A stretch of DNA of 64,000 nucleotides from Heteronotia binoei (Eukaryota). The notes under the pieces were generated by a model. It was given only the letters and a program-made list of their open reading frames with translations, was not told where the DNA came from and made no database searches. Positions within the stretch are counted from its first letter, which is position 1. Every line of letters starts with the position of its first letter. This document shows positions 11,424-22,950 of this stretch, one piece after another. A program made the translations under genes and the position numbers. Where the stretch lies: contig NC_083237.1 in NCBI RefSeq assembly GCF_032191835.1, forward strand, positions 12,090,001 to 12,154,000, in the 5' to 3' direction.

Positions 11424-11775
11424 AAGTAGCCAAAAAGTTTCAATTCCCTTCCTAATAATTCCCAGCATGGCATTGGCCTTTTTTATTGCAATCGCACACT
11501 GTCTTGACATTTTCAGTGAGTTATCTACCACGACCCCAAGATCTCTCTCTTGGTCAGTCTCTGCCAGTTCACACCCCATCAACTTGTATTTGTAGCTGGG
11601 ACTCTTGGCCCCAATGTGCATTACTTTGCACTTGGCCACACTGAACCTCATCTGCCACGTTGACGCCCACTCACTCAGCCTCAACAGATCCCTTTGGAGT
11701 GCCTCACAATCCTCTCTGATTCTCACCACCCTGAACAATTTAGTGTCATTTGCAAACTTGGCCACTTCACTGCTT
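11424..11775 (-). mobile_element. CR1 LINE ORF2 fragment with an internal deletion
   Basis: KFANDTKLFRVV...WQMRFSVAKCKVMHIG...ERDLGVVVD is the CR1 RT C-terminal region, fused directly to the 3' UTR. Confidence 0.88.
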
Positions 11776-11931
11776 ACTCTAGTGATGCTTCTGCAAAGAA
11801 AAGACAGATCAAGATAACATCCAGTGTATAATTTACTCCAATTTTAACCCTTTAACTGTTAAATATAGTAGGACAAGAAATGTGTGGAGAAGCTTTATGT
11901 AGTTAATTAATTTTATAATATTGCTTGCATC

Positions 11932-12100
11932 CAAGGGTGGAATTCTAGCAGGAGTTATTTTGCATATTAGGCCACACACCTGAGGTAGCCAATCCTCCAA
12001 GAGCTGACAAAAAAGAGCCTTGTAAACTCTTGGAGGATTGGCTACATCAGGGGTGTGTGGCCTAATACGTAAAGGAGCTCCTGCTAGAATTTCACCCCTG
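11932..12100 (+). mobile_element. Palindromic hAT MITE, CAGGGGTGGAATTC subtype
   Basis: TSD CTTGCATC/CTTGTATC; long inverted arms. Confidence 0.85.
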
Positions 12101-12399
12101 CTTGTATCTATTTTTGTTTGTTTTTCTCTGCTTCCGAATGGTCTGCAGACGATAATAAGGACAGAACGGAAGTGATATAATGGTGTATGCAATATCATGG
12201 CCCCTGTGACCCTACCCCCAAGCGTCTTGTCTGTCAACCCTGGTGCAAAGCCCTATGTATTGATGAGCCAAACAGACAGAAGCATGATAGGTGAAAACTG
12301 ACATTTCATCTAGCAAGTGCTCCTGCTTCTGAAACTGTACTGGGTTTGAGACACCCACTTTATGGCTGTCATAAGGGCTGTAAACTTGGTTGCTAAAAA

Positions 12400-13270
12400 A
12401 TAAAAAGCTAGGATGAGAAGGAAGCCAAATGCTGTCCCTAGCGGATGGACTTTGTAGTGTTTCAGTATTCCCACCGAATTTTCACAGCCTCCGGCAGAAG
12501 CGAATAACTGTTAACCATTCAAGCGTCTTGACATCAGAAGCGATGAGGAAGGAAGAAGACACCTGCCGCCAACTTCTTCCTTCACGGGTAACTTTTCGTT
12601 TCCCAGTTGCTAAGACACAGTGTCTCCATGTGAACTTCTGATCCTCACCGGATCTTATTAGAGCCCTGGGCGATTCTCCATTTTACCGAATCTTTAATTG
12701 TCTCCTTTGCTGCTAATAGCTTTCGGGGCATGCAATTCCCTGCAGTCAATTAAGCAGTGCCTGTAACGCGAGTCCCCCCCGTGTCTTGTTAGGCAAAGCC
12801 ACTAAGCGCAACAGTGTTTAGATGCTTGGAGAGCCGCAGCGAGAATTCTGAACCCAAAGCAATTTCTGGTTCAGCAGAACTGGCGCTTCTCCAGGGCAGC
12901 CAGCTTGAGTGAGACAATTCCCTCTAGGCCAATTACGGCAGAACACGTAGCAACGGATACAGGAGGTGCAGGTGTGAAGTTGCCAAGGATCGAACTCATT
13001 TTGCAGGCCCCACCGAGTTGCATGTTCAATTACGCCACGCAGAGGTCACTTGATTGGTGTCATTAGCAGCGTTTGCCACATGGAGTCTCTCCTTTGTCAG
13101 GTCTCTCGCTGATAAATAATGAACGAGGTGGGCTGGGAAGCAGATGGTGAGGCCAAGAGAAATTATATCATGTAACATTATCACCCCATATGGCCTAGCC
13201 AGTGTAACCTTATGGATCCCAGCTCCCTGGGGGAACGAAAAAGAAGTCCCTCATCTCTCCTGGGGCTCCC
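12400..13270. promoter_or_regulatory. Candidate OR enhancer (H-element/Greek-island-like)
   Basis: No recognisable repeats, CpG retained, eight TAAT-core sites at 12655-13122 and four O/E(Ebf)-like CCNNGGG sites. Function is inferred only. Confidence 0.35.
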
Positions 13271-14034
13271 ACCATGTGGGTGGAAGGAGTGTAGGAATGA
13301 CATTTGTATGTCAAAAGTGATGTGCAGAAATCCTCTCTAGTGACTTTGTTCCTGGCTCTTCCATTTCAAGCCACAGGGGGACAAATGAATATTTCAGTCC
13401 GTCCTGTACATTTGTAACCCATGTAATGTTACAATCTCCTCACTTGGGGCAGTGCATCCCCCACCCAAGCTGGAGTGGCAGTGGAGGAAACATTTTTTTT
13501 AAAAGCCACCGGTATTGCATGTGCCGTTATATCATATCTGGGGGAAACTTGGAAGTGATTGCAAGCAGCTGTACCAATCACTGGAGAGTCTATGGTTTTA
13601 TCATAGAGTTTCTGGTGATTCCCAGAGCTGCCCGCCATCACCTCTGGGGTTTCTCCAGAAGTGATGTTATCAAGACCATGATTCTCCCCCACCCCCCATA
13701 TCCCCATCCATTGATCACCAGGCATACTTTGGTAATCCTGCATCACACTCTTTCCTGAAAGAAATTCAGAGCTCCACAGATGGTTCTCCTTTGCCCACCT
13801 TATCCTCAAAACAACTCTTTGTAGGAAGTAAGACTGAGAGAGTATACTAGCCCCAAGTCCACCATCAAAGTTCAGGGTGGAGGGGAGGACTGAATCCAAG
13901 TTTCCTAGGTGCTACACCAATACACTAACCAGTTACCTACACGAGAACATGTGAGCAACTCTTCATACATACAAAACCAGGGCTTTTTTTGTAGCAGGGA
14001 CTCCTTTGCAAATTAGACCACACACCCCTGTTGT

Positions 14035-14563
14035 TAGGGTTGCCAATCCCCAGGTGGGGGCAGGGGATCCCCCGGTTTGGAGACCATCCCACCACTTCAG
14101 GGTCATCAGAAAGCGGGGGGAGGGGAGGGAAATGTCTGCTAGGAACTCTATTATTCCCTATGGAGATTTATTCCCATAGAAAATCATGGAGAATTTATCC
14201 GCGGGTATCTGGGGCTCTGGGTGTGCTATTTTTGGGGGTAGAGACACTGAATTTTCAGTACAGCATCTAGTGCCTCTCCCCAAAATATCCCCCAAGTTTC
14301 AAAAAGATTGGACCAGGGGGTCCAAGTCTATGAGCCCCCCAAAAAGGTGCCCCTATCCTTCATTATTTCCTATGGAAGGAAGGCATTGAAAAGGTGTGCC
14401 GTCCCTTTAAATGTGATGGCCAGAACTCCCTTTGGAGTTCAATTTTGCTTGTCACAGCCTTGATCTTGGCTCCACCCCAATGTCTCCTGGTTCCACCTCC
14501 AAAGTCTCCTGGCTCCACCCCCAAAGTCCCCAGATATTTCTTGAATTGGACTTGGCAACCCTA
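14035..14563 (+). mobile_element. hAT MITE, TAGGGTTGCCAA family, abutting a partial CAGGG MITE (13979-14034)
   Basis: Both TIRs present; no matching TSD. Confidence 0.85.
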
Positions 14564-15299
14564 CCACTGCTTCACAGCCTGGTCAGCAGGCTTTCCCCTC
14601 ACCGCCCCTCGAGCCCCCCCCCCCCCCCAGATGCGCTCCTGGCGCTTCTTCAGCCTCCTCGCCAGGAACGCCAGCACTAGTGCACACTCCCATCCCAGGC
14701 TATCTAAAGGTGCCCCCCCTTCCCATCCAGGAAATGGGGAAGAGGCAGCAACGGAGGTGCCCTTTCAGGACACTGGTCATTCTTGCTGCTGTTGGCCTGC
14801 ACCAGTGTTGAGTGAGTGCACAGCAGCTGATCAGCGGGGAGGGGGGGGCTTGATCCCCCGGGTAAGCCACCCCTTCTGCCCCCCTCTAGATCCGACCTTG
14901 CATCAATGGGATCAAACACCCCCCTCAGTGTTCTGCACTTCTGTCACTAATATGGCAATTTGGAGGGGCCCACTCAAATGAACTTCAGTGGAATTATATG
15001 ATCCTAGTGAAGAAACAGTCTTGATAGGCAACATAAAATTTACCAAAAGGTTATTTATTAAAAGGGTAAGGACAGGAAATAAGATTTGTAAAAAGTTCTG
15101 AGGTAAAACTGTAGCTTTTCTTCTAGCTGAGGTTCCATATGCAGATAACGGTGACATCAATGGGACCAAACATCCCCCCGCAGTGTTCTTCACTTCACTC
15201 AAAAAGCCTCCTAAACCCACATGAAGATTCTGCTCCACCACCACCATCAATGATTCCACAGTACATAGATCTGGTTTCACCAGTGGATTGCCCATTCTA

Positions 15300-16241
15300 T
15301 CAATCCTGAAGAACTGAGGATCCACTGAACCATTTGGACAGAGCTCTTTTCACTTCCTTGTTCCTCAGTGTGTATATGAATGGGTTCAACATGGGGGTGA
15401 TGATGGTGTAGAATACAGCCAGTGTCCCCTGAGTGGAGTCACTTGAAGAGGGGAACATATATATAAACATTGGAGGCCCATAATATAGGATCACCACTGT
15501 GAGGTGAGCGCTACATGTGGAGAAGGCCCGACGCCTTCCCTGCATTGTCTGGATTTTCAAAATGGCGACTGCAATGTAACCGTAGGAGACACATATAAGC
15601 ATAAAACAGCCAGCAGCTACAAATCCAATGTTAGCTAAAATGACGGTGTGGTTCACCGAGGTGTCAGCACAGGCCAGCTTTAGCACTGGGGGTATGTCAC
15701 AAAAGAAATAGTCAACTTGGTTGGGGCCACAATAGGGTAGACGAAAGGTTAGGCTGGCATGTATAGTGGCATGGACAGAACCAGTAAGCCATGTGCCAGC
15801 TGCAAGCCAAGAGCAGATTTTCCTGTTCATGAGCATGGCATAATTCAATGGGTGGCAGATGGCAAGGTAGCGGTCATACGCCATCACAGTGTAAAGGAAA
15901 CATTCGGTGCTTGCCAGGAAGTGGAAAGAGTAGAGTTGGATTATGCAGCCTGTAAAAGAGATGGTTCTATATCTGGCCACTATGAAGCCAGCCAAGATTT
16001 TGGGGACTGTGACAGAGGAGAGACAGGCGTCAAGTAGGGAGAGGTGGCAGAGGAAGAAATACATGGGGAGGCGATGAAGTTGGGCTTCGGACATGATGGT
16101 GAAGAAGATCAGGAGATTCCCCAGCACTGTCAACAAGTAGACAACCACGAAGATGAAGAAGAACAGAGCAGGGAGTTCGTTGGTGTTTGGTAGCCCCCCA
16201 AGAATGAACACCTTCACTCCAGTTTGGTTTCCTGGCTCCAT
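15300..16241 (-). CDS. Olfactory receptor, family 10, OR10S1-like, 313 aa, intact
   Basis: All OR motifs present (PMYFFL, MAYDRYLAIC, FSTCSAH, PMLNPFIYTLRN). LDACLSSVTVPK, FHFLASTECFLY and FCDIPPVLKLAC resemble OR10S1 as recalled. Confidence 0.93.
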   Translation of the reverse strand: MEPGNQTGVKVFILGGLPNTNELPALFFFIFVVVYLLTVLGNLLIFFTIMSEAQLHRLPMYFFLCHLSLLDACLSSVTVPKILAGFIVARYRTISFTGCIIQLYSFHFLASTECFLYTVMAYDRYLAICHPLNYAMLMNRKICSWLAAGTWLTGSVHATIHASLTFRLPYCGPNQVDYFFCDIPPVLKLACADTSVNHTVILANIGFVAAGCFMLICVSYGYIAVAILKIQTMQGRRRAFSTCSAHLTVVILYYGPPMFIYMFPSSSDSTQGTLAVFYTIITPMLNPFIYTLRNKEVKRALSKWFSGSSVLQD

Positions 16242-16344
16242 ATGACAGAAGGAAGAAGACTTGAATCAAATGAGAGAAAGAAAGGAACAATGATGATATT
16301 CAGAGCATAACCATATTAGGATTATTTACTGATTTTTGCTTTTT

Positions 16345-17080
16345 TGCCATCAAGTCACAGCTGGCTTCTGGTGACCCCATAGGGTTTGTAAGGAGAGACA
16401 CATTCAGAGGCCTCTTCGTCACAACCCTGGTAGTCCTTGTGTTGTCCCATCCAAATACTAGCCAGCAGGGGTGGAATTCTAGCAGGGGCTCCTTTGCATA
16501 TTAGGCCACACCCCCCCGATGTAGCCAATCCTCCAAGAGCTTGGAATTCTAGCAGGGGCTCCTTTGCATATTAGGCCACACCCCCTGATGTAACCAATCC
16601 TCCAAGAGCTTGGAATTCTAGCAGGGGCTCCTTTGCATATTAGGCCACCCACCCCTGGTGTAGCCAATCCTCCAAGAGCTTGGAATTCTAGCAGGGGCTC
16701 CTTTGCATATTAGGCCACACACCCCCGATGTAGCCAATCCTCCAAGAGCTTGGAATTCTAGCAGGGGCTCCTTTGCATATTAGGCCACACACCCCTGATG
16801 TAGCCAATCCTCCAAGAGCTTGGAATTCTAGCAGGGGCTCCTTTGCATATTAGGCCCCACACCCCTGATGTAGCCAATCCTCCAAGAGCTTGGAATTCTA
16901 GCAGGGGCTCCTTTGCATATTAGGCTCCCACCCCTGGTGTAGCCAATCCTCCAAGAGCTTACAAGACTCTTAGAGGATTGGGGGTGGGACCTAATATGCA
17001 AAGGAGCTCCTGCTAAAATTCCACCCCTGCTAGCCAGGGCTGACTCTGCTTAGCTTCAAAGATCTGATGAAATTGAGCCG
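16345..17080 (-). mobile_element. 5S-derived SINE split by a MITE
   Basis: The 5S-like sequence cccatccaaatactagccag resumes at 17030 as ctagccagggctgactctgcttagcttc. Confidence 0.7.
16466..17029 (+). mobile_element. hAT MITE with seven tandem ~70-bp left arms
   Basis: TIR CAGGGGTGGAATT/AATTCCACCCCTG; perfect TSD CTAGCCAG (16458-16465, 17030-17037). Confidence 0.9.
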
Positions 17081-17114
17081 GACTCCATTTTGAAGCTCTT
17101 TACTGATAGATCAA

Positions 17115-17425
17115 GCGGCCCCGTGGCGCAGAGTGGTAAAGCAGCAGTACTGCAGTACTGCGATCTGAACTCTCTGCTCATGACCTAAATTCTATCCCAG
17201 CGAAAGCTGGATTCAGGTAGCCGGCTCAAAGTTGACTCAGCCTTCCATCCTTCCGAGGTCAGTAAAACGAGTCCCCAGCTTGCTGGGGGGGAAAGTGTAG
17301 CTGACTGGGGAAGGCAATGGAAACCACCCCGTAAAAAGTCTGCCGTGAAAACGTTGTGAAAGCAACATCACCCCAGAGTCGGAAACGACTGGTGCTTGCA
17401 CAGGGGACTACCTTTACCTTTTCCT
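17115..17425 (+). mobile_element. Sauria SINE (RTE/BovB-type tail)
   Basis: Head gccccgtggcgcagagtggtaaag, tail ggaaggcaatgg...cctttacctttt; 14-bp TSD TACTGATAGATCAA. Confidence 0.85.
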
Positions 17426-17890
17426 ACTGATAGATCAAATAATGCATTTGAAATAGGGCTAGGGTTGCCAGGTCTGTGTTGGAGAATACCTGGAGACTTT
17501 GGGGGTAGATCCGGGAGAGGGTGGGATTTGGGGAGGGGAAGGATCTCAGCAGGGTACAATGCCAGAGAGTAAACCTTTCAAAGCAACCGTTATCTCCAGG
17601 GAAGCTGATCTCTACCAGCGGGAAATCGGTTGTAAAAGCAGGAGAACTCCAGACCCCACCTGGAAGCTGGCAATCCTAAACAGGGCCCAGTTTTCAAGCT
17701 AGAGACTTCCTGACTTGTACTCTTCTGCTATTAAGCCACAGAAACTCAGAACCTAAGAAGTTTCGCCTTTTGAAATTTTTATTTCAAAATCTGACCTCGG
17801 GGAACGGAGTTTTGTTTTGTTTTTTAACAGACCTTTCAAACGTTCTTTATTATAGCATATAATTGTGGCCACACCCAGTAAACATTTACT

Positions 17891-18712
17891 CTCTCTCGGC
17901 TTGGCTTCGCGAACGAAGATTTAAGAAGGGTGCAATAGTCCACGTTTGCTGCAGGCTCGCTGGTGGCTGACAAGACCAATGTGGGACAGGCAGGTCCGGC
18001 CACAGCGGCTGCAGGGAAAAGTCTGATTTAGCGTTGGTCCTGTAGCAGTGCGATTCTTCCTCAATCTCCTTTTGTCTTCAAGACCAGCTATGCGTGTGTT
18101 CTCAAAGGAAGAGACAGCCTGGTGGATGGTGTGCCTCCATGCTTTGCGATCTGAGGCTAGGTCAGACCACTGGTGATGGTTGATGTGACAGGTGCTAAGG
18201 GATTTCTTCAGGGAGTCCTTGTACCTCTTCTTTGGTGCCCCTCTATTTCGATGGCCGGTGGAGAGTTCGCCATACAGGGCAATCTTGGGAAGGCGGTGGT
18301 TTTCCATCCTAGAAATATGCCCTGCCCAGCGCAGCTGCGTCTTCAACAGCAGTGCCTCGATGCTGGTAACCTCCGCCCGCTTGAGGACTTCAGTGTTGGT
18401 CACAAAGTCACTCCAGTGGATGTTGAGGATGGTGCGAAGGCAGCGCTGATGAAAGCGCTCAAGGAGTCGCAGGTGATGACGGTATAAAACCCACGATTCG
18501 GAGCCATAGATGAGGGTTGTCATCACAACCGCTTTGTAAACATTGATCTTTGTGCCTTTTTTCAGATGCTTGTTGCTCCACACTCTTTTGTGCAGTCGGC
18601 CAAATGCACGGTTTGCCTTTGCCAGCCTGTTGTCAATCTCCTTGTCGATCTTGGCATCTGAGGAGATGATGCACCCCAGGTAGCTGAACTGCTGGACTGT
18701 CTTCAGACATTC
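17891..18712 (-). mobile_element. 5'-truncated RTE-clade LINE
   Basis: Uninterrupted frame YLGCIIS...QLRWAGHISRM...CSRCGRTCLSHIGLVSHQRAC (RTE C-terminus with Zn finger); 11-bp TSD AAACATTTACT (17880-17890, 18713-18723). Confidence 0.9.
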
Positions 18713-18828
18713 AAACATTTACTACTAGATATGTTATTTACTGAGTGGATCTGTCAAAAGCGGATGGAGGAAAACCCTAAAACAAGATTAACTTCCTCAA
18801 GTCATATAGCCGATAAAGACATACAAGT

Positions 18829-19030
18829 AGGGCTTTTTTGGTAGGAAAAAGCCCAGCAGGAACTCGTTTGCATATTAGGCTACACCCCCCTGATGTCATC
18901 CTTGTTTTGTACAGGGCTTTTTGCAGAAAGCAGAAACTCATTTGCATATTAGGCCACACCCCCGGCACCAAACCAGCCGGAACTGCGTTCCTGTGCGTGC
19001 CTGCTCAAAAAAAAAAAAAAAAAAAGCCCT
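18829..19030. mobile_element. CAGGG-related MITE pieces
   Basis: agggcttttt...tttgcatattagg...aaaagccctg; a 109-bp relative at 44765-44873 has TSD AATATGGA/AATATGGT. Confidence 0.65.
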
Positions 19031-19986
19031 GCGCATAAGAATTCTGAGAAGACATGTCACTCTGCTCATAAGCCTGTCGGGATGACTGATGCCTCTCTGA
19101 CAGCTCACCTCCTATCCAGTGTTCCCTCTAAGCTGAGTTCGTGTGAGCCACCTGACAGTTTCATAGCCTCCGGCTCACACATTTTTGTCTCAGCTCAGGA
19201 AAAATGGCCCCGAAGCAAACTAATTGATGCAGCAGCTCACAACTTCAATGCCAGTAGCTCACAAAGTAGAATTTTTGCTCACAAGGCTCCACAGTTTAGA
19301 GGGAACATTGCTGTCTCAGGCTCTCAGACCTTAAAAGGAAATATTTTCACATCCTCTGATTTTGAAGAAATGGGCACTCTTTATGGCCACTGTTGAATCT
19401 CCTACTGGATTGGGGGGGAGGGGGGATATTTAACATTTTTCTACCAAAAACACCATTTGAAATCAACCACTTTTCACTCTCCCATCTAGGCTCTGCAGGG
19501 ATATACCAGCAGCCATACTGTCTCTAAGCCATGGAGTCTTGTGAGTAGAAATTCTACTTTGTGAGCTACTGGCATTAAAGTTGTGAGCTACTGCATAGCT
19601 TACTTTGCTCTGGAGCCATTTTTCCTGAGCCAATATGTGTGTGTGTGTGTGTGTGTGTGTTAGTCAGAGGCTAAAAAACTGTGAGCTAGCTCACACTTAC
19701 TTAGCTTAGAGGGAACACTGGGCAGCCAAATTTCTTGCTGGAAAATGAAAGGTCGCCTCTGATGTTTAACATGGATTCTTACTGGCTTCTGGTTGACTTG
19801 AATTCCTTGCAGCATGAATACCTTGAACATTTTCATCCTCACTCCGTAACTACAGTCATGCCCGTTGCATCTGGGACTAGGTGGCATTGGGTTACAAGTC
19901 CAGATGGAGAGATTTTCACAGACGTTGGGATCTGTGGACAGAAGTGATCTGGGACAGGGACTCTGATGAATAGGAGAATTCAGTAT

Positions 19987-20422
19987 AGGAGGTGATAGAG
20001 AAGGTAGAGAATGAAGTCCTTTTCTCCCTTTCTCACAATACAAGAACTCATGGGCATTCAGTGAAATTGCTGAGCAGTCAGGTTAGAACGGATAAAAGGA
20101 AGTACTTCTTCACCCAAAGGGTGATTAACACGTGGAATTCACTGCCACAGGAGGTGGTGGCAGCTACAAGCATGGACGGCTTCAAGAAGGGACTGGAGAA
20201 ATATATGGAGCAGAGGTCATCAGTGGCTATTAGCCACAGCGTATTGTTGGAACTCTGTCTGGGGCAAATGATGCTCTGTATTCTTGGTGCTTGGGAAGGG
20301 CAATAGTGTGAGGACTTCTAGTGACCTGGCCCCACTGATGGTCCTCCTGATGGTGCCTGGGTTTTTTGGCCACTGTGTGACACAGGGTATTGGACTGGAT
20401 GGGCTATTGGCCTGATCCAACA
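19987..20422 (+). mobile_element. CR1 LINE 3' fragment
   Basis: LFSLSHNTRTHGHSVKL...RKYFFTQRVINTWNSLP followed by CR1 3' UTR; flanked by a ~62-bp direct repeat. Confidence 0.88.
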
Positions 20423-21659
20423 TTGGGATCCAAGTGGACAGAAATGATCTGGGATGGGGACTCTGATGAATAGGGGAATTCAGTATCAAGCAGACAAGCT
20501 GGTAGGATTCAAACTCACGTATTCTCAACAAAGGCATAGTTTTGGTTTCAAATGTACTCACCTCCTATGAAGCTGTGGTGGATGAGTGTGAACATAGCTT
20601 TCAATACGAGGATGTTCTTTAGGAGCCAAACTATATCTCTGTGCACCCTCTGGGATCACTACCCATGGGCATCAAGCACTGGTAGGTGGATTCAGAGCAC
20701 TCCACTTTCTTGCATTCCTGACAAAGCAATCTTCCATTTCTTCTTCTCCCAGTGTAGTTATACCCAGCTAGGAGAAAATAAACAGATGCATCCTCTGGGT
20801 TCTCATTCAAGGATTCTGGAAAGCTATATTATTCATTTTCTGAATTGTCTAACAGTTTGCGTGAAGAGCAGCAGAAATGTGAAGGCTGAATAATCTTTAC
20901 AATATTGTTGGGAAGGAGGCCAAGAGTTTCATTTAGGGTTAAGCGCATCCCCCCCCCCCCCATTCAATTTCCTTATTACTCTGCAGATTTACTCTGCCAT
21001 TAGTTTCATTTGTACTGAATTCTTCTTCAGCCTGGAGAATTTCCAGAGTTTAAATCCAATACTGGAACATAGAATTGGAAACGACCTCCAGGGTCATCTC
21101 CACGAGGCAGGAAATTCACAAATACCTCCCCCTAGGTTCAAAGGATCAGCATTGCTGACAGATGGTCATCTAGTCTCTGTTTAAGAACCTCCAAAAAAGG
21201 AGAGCCCACCACCTCCCATAAAAGCCTTTTTACTGAGGAACCCCTCTAACTGTCAGAAAGCTCTTCATAATGTTTAGCTGGAAACGCTTCTGATTTAATT
21301 TCAACCCGTTGGTTCTGGTCTGACCTTCTGGAGCCATGGAAAACAATGCTGCACCATCTTCTATATGACAGCCTTTCAAATATTTGAAGATGGTGATCAT
21401 ACCACCTCTGCCATCTCCTCTCCAGGCTAAATGTACCCAGCTCCTTCAGCCTTTCCTCATAGGACTTGGTCTACAGAACATCCACAAAATTCTTCCTTGC
21501 TTTCATTTCACTTGAACCTTTCCCCTGTTACTGATGTTCAAATAAATGTTCAAAATAAAGTGTTGTATAAAAGCCATCATAACAAGATCCTAGATATGAT
21601 CACCTCAAAGTTTGATTAGAGGGGTGTTTTAAGTCAGGATAACGTTAAGTCAGGTAATG

Positions 21660-22025
21660 TTAAGTGTTTGGACTCTTATCTGGAAGAACTGGGTTTGATT
21701 CCCCACTCCTCCACTTGCAGCTGATGGAATGGCCTTGGGTCAGCCATAGCTCTTGCTAAGTGGTTAAGTGCGTGGACTCTTATCTGGCAGAACCGGGTTT
21801 GATTCCCCACTCCTCCACTTGCAGCTGCTGGCATGGCCTTGGGTCAGCCATAGCTCTGGCAGAGGTTGTCCTTGAAAGGGCAGCTGCTGCTGTGAGAGCC
21901 CTCTCCAGCCCCACCCACCTCACAGGGTGTCTGTTGTGGGAGGGAGGAGGTAAAGGAGATTGTGAGCCACTCTGAGATTCAGAGTTTAGGGCGGGGTATA
22001 AATCCAGTCTCTTCTTTTTCTTCCT
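21660..22025 (+). mobile_element. Squam3-type SINE with duplicated 5' portion
   Basis: Head segment occurs twice (21660-21755 and 21760 onward). Confidence 0.75.
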
Positions 22026-22297
22026 TTAGGAGATCTGAACATGTGGCGATAAAATTTTAAAGGTAGTCTAACCCAGATCAAAGGTTTTCTGAATTTGTTA
22101 ATGTTACTATTCTGCTATTGGTTTTTAACTTTGTACCACTTGGCAGTCCAAACCCCACCAGCTATATGTGGCTCTGCTTACTGTACCTCATTCCTCATCT
22201 GAAGATGTGTACATGCACACGAAAGCTTACGTTCTGAATAAAACTAAGTTGGTCTCAAAGGTGCAATTGACTCCTATTTGGTAGGCTACAGTGTGAG

Positions 22298-22732
22298 TAG
22301 GGTTGCCAAATCCAATTCAAGAAATATCTAGGGACTTTGGGGGTGGAGCCAGGAGCAAGGTTGCGACAAGCATCATTGAACTCCAAAGGGAGTTCGGGCG
22401 ATCACGTTTGAAGGGACTGCACATCTTTTAAAATGCCTTCCCTCCATTGGAAATAATGACGGATAGGGGAACCTTCTTTGAAACTCGGAGGGTATTTTGA
22501 GGAAAGGCAATGGATGCTATGCTGCAAATTTGGGGCCTCTACCTTAGAAAACAGTGCCCTCCCCAGTGCCCCAGATACCCACAGTTTGATTCTCCATTAT
22601 ACCCTATGGGAATTGATCTCCATAGGGAATAATGCAGTGTGCATTTCCCTCCCCCCTCCCCGCTTTCTGATGACCCTGGAGGGCCTCCAAACTGGGGGAT
22701 CCCCTGCCCCAATCTGGGGATTGGCAACCCTA
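22298..22732 (-). mobile_element. hAT MITE, TAGGGTTGCCAA family
   Basis: TIRs present; TSD AGTGTGAG/AGTTTGAG. Confidence 0.85.
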
Positions 22733-22950
22733 AGTTTGAGGCAGGATGCTGGACGAAATGGACCACGGGTCTGATCCAGCAGTGATGTTCTTAATCAATG
22801 TATTTCCTCCCTGGGTCACAAAAGCTAAGGTGATACATTGGATTTGCGGGCGGGGGGATCCTAAATCTGGCTTCAGGGGTGGCCACATAATGTATTCAGA
22901 TGACTGGTGGTTATAGACACGGCAGCGATGCTCAGCTCCTGCAGTACAAC

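Noticed and set aside
12616-12622. CACAGTG heptamer as an orphan RSS
   Set aside because: No nonamer at 12- or 23-bp spacing and no V/J coding sequence next to it.
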